NCBI GenBank assembly: GCA_964016885.1
Contig: OZ024740.1
Location: forward strand, 113,956,001-114,020,000
Source of the DNA: Eledone cirrhosa
Lineage: Eukaryota
Direction of reading: 5' to 3'
Length of the DNA: 64,000 bases
Shown: positions 1-13,297 of the stretch, piece by piece
Numbering within the stretch: position 1 is the stretch's first letter
Layout of the letters: each line of letters starts with the position of its first letter
Translations under genes and position numbers: made by a program
The notes under the pieces: model-generated
Told to the model about the DNA's origin: nothing
Seen by the model: the letters and a program-made list of their open reading frames with translations, nothing else
The model's database searches: none

Positions 1-833
1 AAGAAACCTTGAAATAAATAAATAATTAAGAGAAAAAGAAAAAAATGAGAAGAATTTGAATGAGTTAATATGAATAAAAGAACGTTTTTTTTTAATGTGT
101 GATTTGAACGAAGGAACGAATTAAAAGAGAAAAATTAAAGAACAGATCGTATGACGGACAGTAAAATGAAAGAATGCTCGGAGAAATGAAATAAATAAAT
201 GCCAAATAAATTATAGAAGGAAACAAAGGAAGAAAATTAATCAGTGGTAAATTTAGTATGGTTCAACAGTGTGTAAATAAATCTGTTCTTAGCCAGTTTA
301 ATAACACATCCTTCATTGATCCATTCACTTCGATTCAGCATATATATACACATATGGCGTATGTAGCGACGAATAAGTAGTGTTGTTTAAGGGTCGGTTT
401 AAGAATCTTGGCACTTGTTCAACTCACTGCACTCTAAGTTCGAATCTTATCGAGTTCAAATTTGCCTTTCATCGATTGAGTCCCAGCACAAGGGCGATGG
501 ATTCGGTGAATTGATAAAGAATCGGACGATCCATCTCTGTTCCGTCTGGGTTCAAGTCATGTCCTTTTCTTTCAGAAATTGCAAGCGGCAAATAGTATCA
601 GCCTACTATAGAAGTGGCGAACAATTGTAGTAAAGTATCCATTAGAAAAATGCTTTTAAAAATTATTTTGGGGATTCTTTTTATACTTTCATTCCTCGCT
701 GTCCACTCGGAATATTTGTATAAAACATGTTAGTACGGTTAGTAATTTTGCTTCGCAACTACAGAGTGAATAGATAGAAAGATAGATAAACTGACAAGCG
801 ATCGGACAGAGAGACGGCCGAATTGATATATAC

Positions 834-835
<2 letters not shown>

Positions 836-873
<38 letters not shown>

Positions 874-964
874 AAAGTGTGAGTGAGTGAGTGTGATAGA
901 GTGAATGAGAGAAAGATAGTGAGTGAGTGAGTGAGTGAGAGAGTGAATGAGTGAGTGAGTGAGG

Positions 965-999
<35 letters not shown>

Positions 1000-1015
1000 T
1001 GGATAGATAGATAGA
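836..1015. repeat. Compound (GA)n/(GAGT)n/(GATA)n microsatellite
   Basis: Directly visible tandem repeats. Confidence 0.95.
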
Positions 1016-1542
1016 CACTTTTCTATCCTTTATCGCATGATAGATTAATAAATAGGTAAATAGCTATAAATAGTTGTTCTTGAAGAACTGATCAACTTGT
1101 CAACATAGATTGAGAAAACGGTATGATGAAGATATGAAATGACCATTTCCCAAACAAATCTAGTATAAATTGTTTGTCACGTGACATATGTTTTATTATA
1201 AAACTATATATTCACACTCACACATGCATATATATGCATGCATAAGCACTATTTTTATAAATATTTATAGAAGTATATACAAGTATGTTTGTATTCATAG
1301 CATAGGTACTGGTATAGAATAATTTACTGCCTAGCTGAGAAATATTTTACTCTTTTTATTATTTGTGATTTCCGTGAGAATATGGCGGTATTCTACATGT
1401 GGCACATGTTATTTGCCACAAAACTTGTTTAAATTCTATTCCCCATGAGACCCAATCAATGTTTTAGTGAATATTTCTAATGTTTCTACTGCTTACTCCT
1501 GCTGTGTATTTATTTGAAGTGCACACTACTGTTTGATAGCAT

Positions 1543-1728
1543 GGTGGATTGGCAGTATCGGTAGAGGGTCGGACGCCATGCTTTCCAGCATAGTTACGTC
1601 CTTTACGATCTGAGTTCAAATCCCGCCGAGGTTGACTTTGCCTTTCATCCCTACGGGGTCGATAAAATAAAGTACCAGTAATGCACTGGGTAATTGCTGG
1701 CCTTGTGCCTAAAGTAGAAACAATTATT
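1543..1728 (+). mobile_element. tRNA-derived SINE, family A (copy 1)
   Basis: A-box-like TGGCAGTATCGG and B-box GAGTTCAAATCC. The body (ctttgcctttcatcc...gtcgataaaataaagtaccagt) recurs at 27849, 59190 (-) and 59581, with a 3' piece at ~8803-8855. Confidence 0.85.
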
Positions 1729-2259
1729 AAACAATAACATACAACTCAATGCGAATGATGTTTCTTGCTGTTGAACATGAAGCGATTCATATTAGTCTTC
1801 CTTGTCATGCAGAAAGGACAAGTATAAGACGCAAATATTTAGCGAGTATAGTATTATATATTGGCAGTTGTTATTTGTAAAAATTTGGAACTAGAATTTG
1901 TGATTTTATGATTACCGAACGCCTGTGTTGACTGTTCTACGAATATCATCAGAATTATACGTATGTTCTTTACTGTGAAGAAACATTTAGGGGCGTGATT
2001 ATGTATGCTCACAGAGAAATCGTCTATGAAGCCTATGTGGGTTTTGGGCTTGTAAATATTTTTATTATTTATATAAGAAAAGAAAAATGACATAAAACAT
2101 ATATATATATAAACAATAAAATGAAAATTGAAACAATGAAAAATACCCCAATAGTGGGGAAACCGCAGAGGATTACTCGTGGTGAAAAACCACACAAAAG
2201 ACCACGGTCACCCTGACTACCAGGGCAAGCGCCCTCTCCCAATTTTTCCATCTCTCAAA

Positions 2260-5200
2260 CTACAGACGTATATTCCGAGTGGTCCCGTTCACTCGGATCA
2301 TTATCGCTACATTCACCCACCTTTCAACAAACTTGCTAGAAAGCAGCACTTGCTTCTCCACCCTGATTTTCCTCTTCAAGTGAAACTTGAAAAAGTTAAT
2401 CAGGGATTCGCCGAAGAGGAAAGTGTTTGTCTTTAATCCTTTTAACCTTGTCCACCACACAATCTCTTTCGCCATGGCCACCAGGCAGATGAAAACCGCC
2501 TGCCCTTCCTCCTCAAAGGAAGACGGCGAGACCATCTGCACAATGGACTCAGTCGACAACCGGATCAGTCCTACACGTGACAGCAACTGTTCGACATAGC
2601 TCCACAAGTCAGCAATGCTCGGGAACTGAACGAGTGCGTGCACAACGGTTTCGTCGCTATGCGCGTAGCTCGGACAGGCTCGGCTGACGGCACTTCCGTG
2701 CCTGTAGAGCTTATCTCGAACCGGCAGCGCTCCCCGGTAACACTGCCAGGCCAGGGATTTTTGGAAGTTATCCATAGGCCCCGGGCTGAAAGTTCTCCGG
2801 AAGAGAGCAAGCAGCTGATCGTCTTCGACGCCCAGGATCTCTCCGAGAACGTCGTCGCTCTTCCCCTCCACTAGTCCTCTATAGAACGCCGAGGTGGATG
2901 TTCCTCCGATACTGGTGCCCAACTGGGAGAGGGCAGTGAGCGTATGGAGACATTCCAGTTTCCAAGCGCTATCCCTCGGTCTTTTTCTGACCCAGGACTG
3001 CAGCTCCGTCAAGGAGACGAGCTGTGGGAAAATGTGCCTGGCGAACGGCGACCACACCCGTTCACCATCAAGGAAGCACCAGAAATGTCGCAGCCTCAAC
3101 GCATGTTTGTTTGCCCATCATCAGCCATGGCATACCCAGTCCTCCACTCAACGGGTGTTGACAGCAGATGGATCGTATGACCATGGGAGCGCGTCCCTTC
3201 CACAAAAAGCGGAAGAGGAGGCGCTCCATTTTGGTGAGAGTTGGGCTGGAGCAAGGGACGACGGTGAGGCGGTAGCAGATAACGGATGCGATGTACACAT
3301 TCGCCACTCCCGCCCGGCCTTTCAGGGACAGCTTCCTCTCAGCCCAATTCTGGGTGAGGGAGGCCACCCTCTTCGTCACCTCGTTCCAATTTTTCTCCAT
3401 CTGGAGGTCCGGTCCGAACCAGACCCCGAGTAATTTAACCGGTCCGTCCGTCCAACGCCCCACGACGCTGTCGGACGGCATGGACTTGCCTCTCCAGGTG
3501 CCTAGCTACAAACCCACCGACTTTTCCTGGTTTATCGTTGCTCCCGTCACCGTTTCGTATTCCTTGAGAGCGGTGTCGTGCATCTGGACGTGTCTGGTGC
3601 TCGACACCACCACGGTGACATCGTCAGCGTAAGCCCACTCGGATTTCCCGCATCCTAGTTCGCGTGGGACGCCCCTCATCGACCCCAGTTTGTGCAGTAA
3701 CAGCTCGAGAGCCAATACGTACAAGAGGGACGAGAGGGGACAACCCTGGCGGACTGAGCGCATGATGGTAAACGGCTACGACAGGTGACGGTTCACCCTC
3801 ACAACTGAGCAGATGTCGCTGTACATTGCTGCGATCTAACGCCTGAAAACGGGACCGAAACCGGCTGCCTCGAGGACCGCCGCCAGGTACCGATGGTCGA
3901 CCCTATCGAATGCTTTGGATTGATCCAAGTTGATCAAAGCCCCACCCTTGCCAGGTTCCTTAACCACCCTCTCTATGATGTATCGCATGAGGTGGAGGTT
4001 GTCGTGTATGGATCTGTCTGGGATGGCGCATGTCTGCGCCTCTCCCACCAGACCCTTGACGACAAGCGCCAACCTAGTTGCTAACACCTTGGCCAAAATC
4101 TTGAACTCTGCGTTTAGCAGAGTTATGGGCCTGAAATTATCAATAACATCCCTCTTGTTCGGGTCTTTTCTCAGCAGCGCCACTGCTCCCCGGCTCACAA
4201 AACTGGGAATGGTCCCGTTCTGCTGCCAGTTGCAGTAGACGTCTGCCAAGAGGGCACCGAACAAGTCTGGCATAAATGCATAAAGCTCGTAGGGCAGACC
4301 ATCTAAACCTGGCGATTTACCTCTTGTGCAGTTAGCCATCGCTTCCCGTATTTCACCGGCTGTTATTGGCTTTTCGCAACACTGTGCTGCGGTCGTCGAG
4401 AGGCGAGGCAGTCCGTTGAGGTATGCACTGAAGTCCATGTCCCGATCCGGGCCGCCGCCGCTCCCGAACAGTTCAGCAAAGTGCTGCTGAAAAGCTTCAC
4501 ACATCCTCTCGGATTCGAGCATCAGGCACCCGTTTTGGTCAGACAAAGACCGAATTGTGGCTTTATTGCCACGTCGCGCCTCTGCCACCCAGGCCCATTG
4601 GACGGCTTTTGTCCCCTCGTGTTTTATAGCACGCGCTCTAGCTCTGACAACGCAGCCTTCGTGTTTTGCGTTGAAGAATTGGTCGAGTGCCAATCTCGCC
4701 GCAAGCACGTCGGTTGCGATGCCTGTCCTAAACGCCTTTCTGACTAGCTCTCCCTCTACTCTATTTTCCTCTATCACTACTCCTTTGCTAAACCTACTCG
4801 ACTCTACTTTAATTGCCCTTTTCAGGGCGAACCACCACCTCTTGTTGACGACCGCTCCCGTCAACGCCCGCTTAATTAATACGCTAATCCGGTCTCTGTA
4901 GGCCTTGCGCGCCGGGAAAGACGCGTTCAGCTTCCAGTAACCAGGCCCTTGTCTATGAAGTCTGTCTATGTCGATCTCACAGATCACAAATTTGTGGTCT
5001 GTGTAGTCGACTATTTTAATTGTGGACAACGTATACTAGCCTTATCTAGTTCCCTGCAGAATACCCTATCTAGATACGATCTGGATGACCCGATGCGGTT
5101 TGTCCATGTCCACATTGGCACATTCGGGTGATTCAGTCGATTCCTGTCAGACAGTTCAAAACGTCTGAGCAGGTTGGTGAGGCTCTTGCACCCTCCTCCC

Positions 5201-5673
5201 CTATCCACTATCCCCACACGATCCCATCGTGCATCCAAGATACCGTTCCAGTCGCCCACTAACACTAAAGAGCGGGACGTTCCAAGAAAGGTCTCTAGAC
5301 GTCTGAAGAAATCTGGCCGCCCTTCCCCTGTTGGGGCGTAGACGGCAACTAACCTGAAAGCATTGCCTTCAATGCCGGTCACGTCCAGCACCACCGACTT
5401 ACCTTCTGGGTCCAGGAAGATGGCCCGTATCGCGAGATCCAAGCCTCTCCGAAAAAGGACGGCAACCCCTCCTCCCAATCCTGGACGGCTGGGAGATGCG
5501 TATACATCGTAGCCGCCGAAGATCGGTGCGAAGGCCCGTGCCTTGGAGATTCTGGTTTCACTGATCGCCACCACATCTATATTTAGTGACCTGAGGTCAT
5601 TGAGCAGGTGACCCTGCTTCCAAGATGTCCCCAGGCCACGTGCATTTATACTGCCTATTCTGAGTATCGCCAT
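2260..5673 (-). pseudogene. Tx1-type ORF2 (AP endonuclease + reverse transcriptase + C-terminal Cys/His region), frameshifted
   Basis: Motifs SINARG, AVYAP, GDWN, YLDR, TDH, GYWKLN, KSPGLDG, RPITLLN, DQSKAFDRVDH, RQGCPLS, YADD and ETVVHAL, spread over ORFs 5011-5709, 3836-5029, 3506-3763, 3068-3481 and 2260-3099. Confidence 0.9.
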
Positions 5674-5705
5674 GTTGGATGAGAAACGGGGCAAATGAGA
5701 AAGGG

Positions 5706-7712
5706 TCACTTACCTTGTTCGTGTGGTGAAGGGACAGTAGAACCGTCCCTTTCGCTGGTCATGGGTGTTTCCAAGAGGATGTCAGTGTATATCCTCTTGG
5801 TAACCGTCCCTCTGAAGTCTCCAACTGCGTTGGGGAATTTTTGTTTTAAAAGTTTGTATTGTTCTAATGAGATTTCGATGATGCTTATGTTTGTCGGGAG
5901 AGTTCTTGGTGTTGGTGGGGTGTAGTAATTTTTTTCCGTGATGTCTGTGTGCTGCTTTATATATTTTATGAGTTCTTTTTTTGCTATGTTTATGGCTGTG
6001 TACTTTTTGTGGGGAGCGGTGATTTTGTTGCCGTTTTCTTCTTGTTGCTGTTTGGTGTGTGTGTCTTGCGTTTGCGTTGTTGATGTTTGTGGTGGTGTTG
6101 CTGCAAGTTTCCTTGCTGCCTTTACTCCTCTTTGTATGCCTTCGCTTTTGGAGGGTGAATCTAAGGGTTTTTTTCTTTTTTGTTTTTTTGTGGCAGACTG
6201 TTTGCCACGTTACTCCCGCCTCAAACTCCATGTCGGAATCTGTGGCGTCTGGGAGGGGTATGTGATCCACGGCTGTTGGTGGTGGTAGTGGAGCCCTCTT
6301 CGGCAATGTTGTTGCAGGTGGTGCTATTTCAAATGTAGCTATTGGTGATGCCGCTACTGATGATGCTGCTTTAGTCATCCGTGGCCTTGGTACGGGTGTT
6401 ACGGACGTTGCCCTCCTACTCACCGTGGAAGGGGCTTCTTCGTTTGTTGCCTGTCCTGCTCTTGGTAGCAGCGGACCAGGTATTGGAAGAAGAGGGGCCC
6501 TCTTCGGTGTCTTCTGCGGGCAAAAGGCCCTGAGGTGACCTTTCGACCCACAGAGATAACATTTTGGCCGTCTTCCTTCTACACTTATAGGGAGTTAGAG
6601 TCCTTCTCAAAGTCTATGATATCGGGGATAGCCTCGATACATTCCTGGTCAGTTTGTATAAGCATTTGCATGCTTATACCTGACCAGTTCTCTCTCACTA
6701 TTTTTTCTACTTGCAACATAGTCGCCCTGTCCTCAATTCCAGCAAGGACAGACGCGGCCAGCCAAGTTATGGGCAAGTCGGGTGGGATCTGGGTCACTTT
6801 GACCCTCACAATTTTCTGCCCGCAGTAGGAGGGCACCAAGACTAACTCCTCACTCTTTGGGGTTTCCAAAGAGTGAGACTTTGCTTCCTGGGGTGTGGCG
6901 AAAAGTACGTCTACTGTGGCGTACTTTCTGCCTCGAGTGATGTGGGTTTTGCGTGCCCAGACGCACCCCAAGGTCTTTTGGATTTGAGCCTCCGTGGCTC
7001 TCTCCACTCGATGTGAGATTTTGCTTACGGTGCGGTAAGTCACCGTTCGTAGCTGCTGGTCCTTGAAAAAATCGGGTGGAGGTTTCAGGGAAACTCTATT
7101 TGCGCTTCTTGGCACCATGGCCCTTGCGATTGCCATCTCTTCCTCTGTGACTAACACTGTCTCGATATTTCGGGCGACACCTGCAAAAGAAGTGGTCCCT
7201 TTTTCAGCAGCACCACTATTGCTGCCGCTATTGGTCTTACTGGTGGTGCTGAGGTCGCTATTACAGGTATCGGTGTCATTGTTGTTCTTTTCGCTGGTAC
7301 AGTTGTTGGTGTTGTTTTCGTTGATACTGTTGCTGCTGTTACTGTTATTGTGGCTGTTGTTATTATTGTTGTTTTTGTTGATACTGTTTCTACTATTATT
7401 GTTGTTGTGGCTGTTGTTATTGTCATTGTTATTGTCGTTCTCGACCTTACCGCTGTTATTTTTGTTATTGTCGTTCTCGACTTTACCGCTGTTATTTTTG
7501 GTGTTGTTGTTGGTGATGCTGTTGGTGTTATTGTTGGTGTTGTTTGTTTTAGGAATATTTGTTAATTTTAAATCTGTAACAATCTTGTTTTCCTTTGTAA
7601 TATTTTCGTTTATATTTAACACCGCTGGAACGCTGTCTTTTTGACATGCTGATAACGTCTCCCTCTCTCTGTGTTTTCTGACAGCGCTCTCTCTCTTTTT
7701 TGTGTTATCCAT
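5706..7712 (-). pseudogene. Tx1-type ORF1 (gag-like, Asn-rich N-terminus, CCHC zinc knuckle), frameshifted
   Basis: ORF 6585-7712 shifts near 6590 into the frame of ORF 5782-6423, which reads VEGRRPKCYLCGSKGHLRAFC (~6561-6520). It lies directly upstream of ORF2. Confidence 0.8.
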
Positions 7713-7922
7713 GTTGAAATTAAATATTTTTACACAAATACGAATACGACACCCCGTAAAGGGGTCCCGTGTTATTTACTAGTGAAACCCCATTATGTGG
7801 GTCACTTCTTCTAAACTTTTATCAAATTTAAAACTTGTATAAAAGGTTTAGAACAGTTGAAAAAGAGGTAAAACGTTGAAAAAGACTGGAGGCGATAAGA
7901 AGCGTGTCTTCACCAACCAATG

Positions 7923-7960
<38 letters not shown>

Positions 7961-7962
<2 letters not shown>

Positions 7963-8017
7963 GACGCACGAGGGAAGGGAAGAAGACGCACGAGGGAAGG
8001 GAAGAAGACGCACGAGG
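7961..8017. repeat. ~22-bp unit AAGACGCACGAGGGAAGGGAAG x2.5, next to (AAT)n
   Basis: Visible tandem copies at the Tx1 5' flank. Confidence 0.85.
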
Positions 8018-8939
8018 TGGTAGAACGTCACGAAATTGCTCCCGTAAGTTTTTTGATTTTTAACATATTTAAATCAATTGTGAAAGAACAATTCTTAGCA
8101 CAAATGTTGCATAGGCACCGAATGAGGTCCCATAAAGTTTCGGATCCATATTATATTGTTGTATCGCTCAAATATTCAATTTTGTATTATATATTTTGTA
8201 TTCAAAAAAAGAAAATGGTTATAAATGGAACAAAACACCCTCTGTCTACACTATATAGAACAGCGGCAATTTCAATTTCACCAACACCAGAAACTTGATA
8301 CACTACCTATCCCATCACACTAAATATAACGGCAACTTCACCGGCATCATAATAATAATTACTATTATTATTGTCTCAAATTTAAAAAAATGTTTAATTC
8401 AAATTTTACGGGAATATGTCAACACAAAATATAATGAAAATATATATTAAACATACGAACACAAACTCATAGATACTATATCAGTAACCACAACACCACC
8501 GCTGCCACCACCCCACCACATCCATCATCGCCGCCACCACTCATTCAATGCTACTGACACTATTCCCCTGTTAACTTGAGAGAGAAAAGGGAAGGTGGTG
8601 GTAGCACTAGACAAGAGAGAGGCTAGCAAAAGATATAAATAGATTGACTTGGTGACCTTGCCACGGACAAACGTCTACATCAACAATTATGGGACTGCTG
8701 GCTCACCCCTTCCTCACCAACAATATAAAAAGCCCCGACACCACCACCGACATAGCCAGCAGCAATAACAGCCAACTACAACAAAAAGTATATTATATTA
8801 TTGTAATGCACTGGGTGATTGCTGGCCTTGTCCCTGGAGTGGAGACAATTATTAATAATTTCATTCTTAAGCCACGCAATGCTCACATTAAGGAACCACT
8901 CATGATAATAACAATTTAAAAAAAACAACAAAAAGAAAA

Positions 8940-11900
8940 CCCCGTGACCAAGAAATACCGGGATGGCGGCCGGCGGGGAATAGCCATGTCTCTAGGGGAG
9001 AACGACCCCTCTAGCCTTGGTTGACACTCGTTCTAGAAGTGGTAACACGAAAAGATTACCCCTTGGCGGATAAGGATAAAACGCGACAAAATAAAGTAGA
9101 TGTCTAATGATGAAATCTCATACCGGATCGGCCGTCACCCGGGTAAAAAAGGGCCGCGTCCCTCAGAGAGGAACCAGACTGGGGTCGAAAAATCAGCTAA
9201 TGGTTCAAACCTTCCCATCACTTCGGAGCTGGAGACCTCCCATAACCGGAATACTCCTACTGTTGGCCCTCCATGCTCACCACCAAGAAATCCAAAGAAA
9301 AAGAGAGAAAAATGGTCAAGGGAAGATAATAAAGAAGTCCTTGAGGCTTTCTACACTGCCATGTACTACCCATCAAATACATCGAATACAGAGCAAACAT
9401 ATATCAACTGAAAAAAGAAACATCCCGAAAACAGAGGCTATATTGACAGTAACAAACTAGCCAATATACGAAGAAATATTGTAAGAAAAAAGTTACTAAC
9501 TGATATAGAAATTGATCAGATCAAGCTAGTAGCACAAAGTCAGCGAAGGGAAAATGAAGCATGTGTCAGTGAAAACGAGGTAAACTGTAACACTTCGAAT
9601 CCCAGAGTTGGGGCGGAATCACTGGCAACAGAACAAATTAAAGAAAGGAGCGAAAAAGTGGAGGGAGTGCATGCTCAGGATGAAATTCCAAATGAAAATA
9701 ATGAGATCGTAAATGATAAAGAAATGAATGAAAATGAACTTGCCAACTTGAAGGATGAAATTATGATCGAATGGATGAAAATGAAAGAATCTGACATGGG
9801 GGAACGAGACACCCTCCCTAAGATCCAGAACTCCAAACAGAACCAAAAGATAATACACAAGACTAACATAATTCTCAAAAACATTATCATCACAAACAAA
9901 CTAAACATTACTGACTTAAATCATCTCTATTATGCATCGGCTAAAGTCACCACTCACTTATGTGGAGTGAAGATGAAAAAACAAAGGAATTCCCACAAGA
10001 AATCTACTTGGCAAGATAACATCAATCGCCAAATAAACCTTCTCCGATCTGAGATAGAAATTTTAACAAACTATAAAGTAGGTGAACATGTTAAACAAAC
10101 TAAACTTAGAAAATTGAAAAAAAAGTACAGTATAAGATCAACATGTGACATAGACATGCTGATAGAAACAATCAAGCAAAAAGTGTCGGCCAAAGCTGCT
10201 CGTATAAGGCGCTTTGAAAAACGATCTAGATTCTATAAGGACAATAATATGTTCAAAAACAACCAAAGAAACTTCTACAGAAAAATTGGTAAGTCAACAA
10301 TAACTGCTAAATCAATACCACCCAAGGAGGAAGTGCAAGAATTCTGGGAAAAGATCTGGGCCGAAGAAAAAGTTCATAACATACATGCCCCATGGATAGA
10401 CAGACAAATGAAAGAAAGAGCTCACCTTGAAGAACAAACATGGGAAAATATAACAGTTGAACAGCTGCGCTTGGCTCTAAGAAAAACCAGCAAATGGAAA
10501 TCCCCAGGAAAAGACAAAATACAAAACTTTTGGATAAATGCCTTCACAGAGTCTCATGAGCTGTTAGCCCAACTTTACAATGAAATAGTTAAGGAGCCAG
10601 AAAAGATACCATCATGGCTAGTTAACGGCATTACATTCCTGCTACCGAAGAATGATGAGACAAACAATCCCAAAAATTACAGACCGATAACCTGCTTGAC
10701 CACAATGTATAACATTTTAACATCAGTCCTAACTGAATACACATATGACCACCTGATAACAAATGACCTATTTCCCATTGAGCAGAAAGGGTGTAAACGA
10801 GGCTTATATGGCTGTAAGGATCAGCTTCTGGTTAACAAAATGATACTGGAAGATGGTCATAATAGACACAAAAATCTATCGATTGCTTGGATAGATTATA
10901 AAAAAGCATTTGATAGTTTGCCACACAGTTGGATTGAAAAATGTTTAGAGATTTTCAAAATATCCCCCGTTGTCAGAAGCTTTTTGTCATTCAGTATGAG
11001 GACATGGAGAACGACACTCCTTTTGAATAGTGAAACAAAATCACTGGAAGCTGGAGAAGTTAACATTAATTGTGGAATTTTTCAGGGTGACTCTTTATCA
11101 CCGCTTTTATTCTGCATCGCACTTATACCATTAAGTAAAATGCTCAATGAAACAAAACATGGATATAGAGTCTATGACAAAACCATTAATCACCTGTTCT
11201 ACATGGATGACCTGAAACTATTTGCAAAAAATGATGAACAATTGCAAGGGCTATTATCCACTGTGATGCAGTTCAGTGATGACATTAAAATGGAGTTTGG
11301 ACTGGATAAATGCGCCAAAGCAACGTTCACCAGAGGAAAGCTGCTGAAGAGTTCAGACATTAATCTTGATCGGGGGAACGTGATAAGAGAGCTTGATCAA
11401 GAACAAACTTACAAATATCTAGGTGTTTGTGAAGGAGACGGAATCAAGCACTCGACAATGAGGGAAAGGATAAGGAAGGAATGTTACCGCAGAGTCAGAG
11501 CAATCTTAAGAACGGAATTGAATGCAAGGAATAGGATCGATGCCATAAACACGCTTGCCATACCAGTAGTAACCTACAGTTACAATGTCATAAACTGGTC
11601 AAGCACAGAGATCCGTAGGCTCGATACAAAAATCCGAAAATTCTTAACCATGCACAGAATGCATCACCCTAAGGCAGACATAGATAGAATATATCTCCCT
11701 AGGAAAGAAGGAGGACGTGGGTTAATCCAGTTAGACATTGCGTTGAAAACTGCAACAATTGGATTATCCACATATCTAAGGGAATCACATGATTGGATGA
11801 TCAAACTCGTTTTGAAACACGAAAGCACCAAAAGATCATATTCCATTACAAAAGATGCACAAAGATACAGTAATGGACTACAAATTTCAGAAGTCCCATT

Positions 11901-12890
11901 TACTGCTGAAATGGAAAACACAGAAAAAGCAAAGCAGGTAAAAGTAACTGCAAAGAAAGAACTGCTACAGAAACTGGCTAAGAAATGGCAAGAAAAGCCT
12001 CTGTATGGAAAATACCCAGAGCGAGCTAACAATCCTGATGTTGACAAAACTTTAACCCATCAGTGGTTGGCATCCTCTGGACTGAAATCGGAGACTGAAG
12101 GACTGATTATATCCGCACAAGATCAGTGTCTGCCAACAAAAAATTACCAAGCCAACATAATAAAAAATGGGTGCAGCCCATTATGCCGTGTATGCAAAAA
12201 ACAACCAGAGACCATTGACCATATAATTTCAATGTGCAGTCCTATAGCTCCAACCGAATACCTAAACAGGCATGACAGAGCTGCACAATACATACATTGG
12301 ATAATGTGTAAGCATTTTGACCTGCCCCATCAAAAGAATTGGTGGGAGCATCAACCACCTCCCATACTTGAAAAAGATCACATCTCAATCTTGTGGAACT
12401 TTAGCATCCAAACAGACCGAAAAATAGATGCAAATAGACCTGATATAATATTGAAGGACTTTCAAAGGAGGGTATGCCTGCTAATTGATATGTCTGTTCC
12501 AATAGACAAGAATGTATCTATAAAAACATTTGAAAAATTGAGCAAGTATAAGGACCTGGAGATAGAAATTGGAAAAATGTGGAAATTGAGAACTAAAACA
12601 ATACCAGTGGTTGTAGGCGCTCTGGGAATGATACCTAAGGGGTCTAACGACTACTTATCGCAAATCCCAGGAAACCCGCGTATAGGAGAAATACAAAAGA
12701 TAGTACTAATGGGAACTGCCCATATACTAAGGAAGATCCTGTCAATATAAGTACATCACAAGTCTAAACACTAAGGATGCATGTGTGAATATGTGTGTTC
12801 TTTCTTGAACATGGCGGACCTTGTTGTCTCTTGAGGTCACTGGGTGTGACTTGGTGATAACTCGTATAAACATAAAGCAAGATAAATGCA

Positions 12891-12930
<40 letters not shown>
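8940..12930 (+). mobile_element. R4/Dong-clade non-LTR retrotransposon with restriction-like endonuclease, apparently full length
   Basis: GC-rich 5' UTR, a single long ORF, a short 3' UTR and an (AAT)n tail at 12892-12930. Confidence 0.9.
9100..12750 (+). CDS. R4/Dong polyprotein (Myb-like N-terminus, RT, CCHC, PD-(D/E)xK nuclease), ~1216 codons with one in-frame TGA at 9409-9411
   Basis: ORFs 9100 and 9658 share a frame and 9412-9657 has no stop. Motifs KWSREDN, KSPGKD, YRPITCL, DYKKAFDS, QGDSLSP, YMDD, CRVC..ETIDHIISMC, RHD and RPDII..LIDMSVP..K..KY. Confidence 0.9.
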
Positions 12931-12932
<2 letters not shown>

Positions 12933-13249
12933 AATGATGATTGATTTTATATACATATTTAGAGAGGAAAGTTCATGAAGTTCTGAGAGCGAAAGAGAGC
13001 CTCTAACAGAAATATAAAATTTCCTCTCTAAATATGTATGTAAAAATTAATAATTTTTTTTCTCCATTTTATTATTATTCATGCAATTTAACCGCATTTT
13101 ACACTTCCGTCTTTGAAAAAGCATATAATGCTGAAACGAGTATCACGATTAAATGCGGAAATCCCCACTATATAAACAAATGTTTTGACATTATACTGAA
13201 ATATCCCTCCAGCGCATTTTCTACTGTATTTTTCTCCTTGTTACTATTT

Positions 13250-13293
<44 letters not shown>

Positions 13294-13297
13294 CTTT

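Larger units (their letters stand above)
2080..7915 (-). mobile_element. L1/Tx1-clade non-LTR retrotransposon, near full length, decayed
   Basis: ORF1 with CCHC knuckle followed by an APE-RT ORF2 on the same strand. GC-rich against the AT background. Ends approximate. Confidence 0.9.

Noticed and set aside
1543-1630. Functional tRNA genes at SINE heads (also 27744, 27849, 43968)
   Set aside because: A and B boxes are present, but there is no complete cloverleaf and most continue into repeat bodies
7063-7644. 193-aa Leu-rich membrane-like ORF on +
   Set aside because: It is the antisense shadow of the Asn-rich tract of Tx1 ORF1
9409-9411. TGA in the R4 ORF as selenocysteine or programmed readthrough
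   Set aside because: The context fits Trp (TGG to TGA) rather than Cys, and no SECIS-like hairpin was seen
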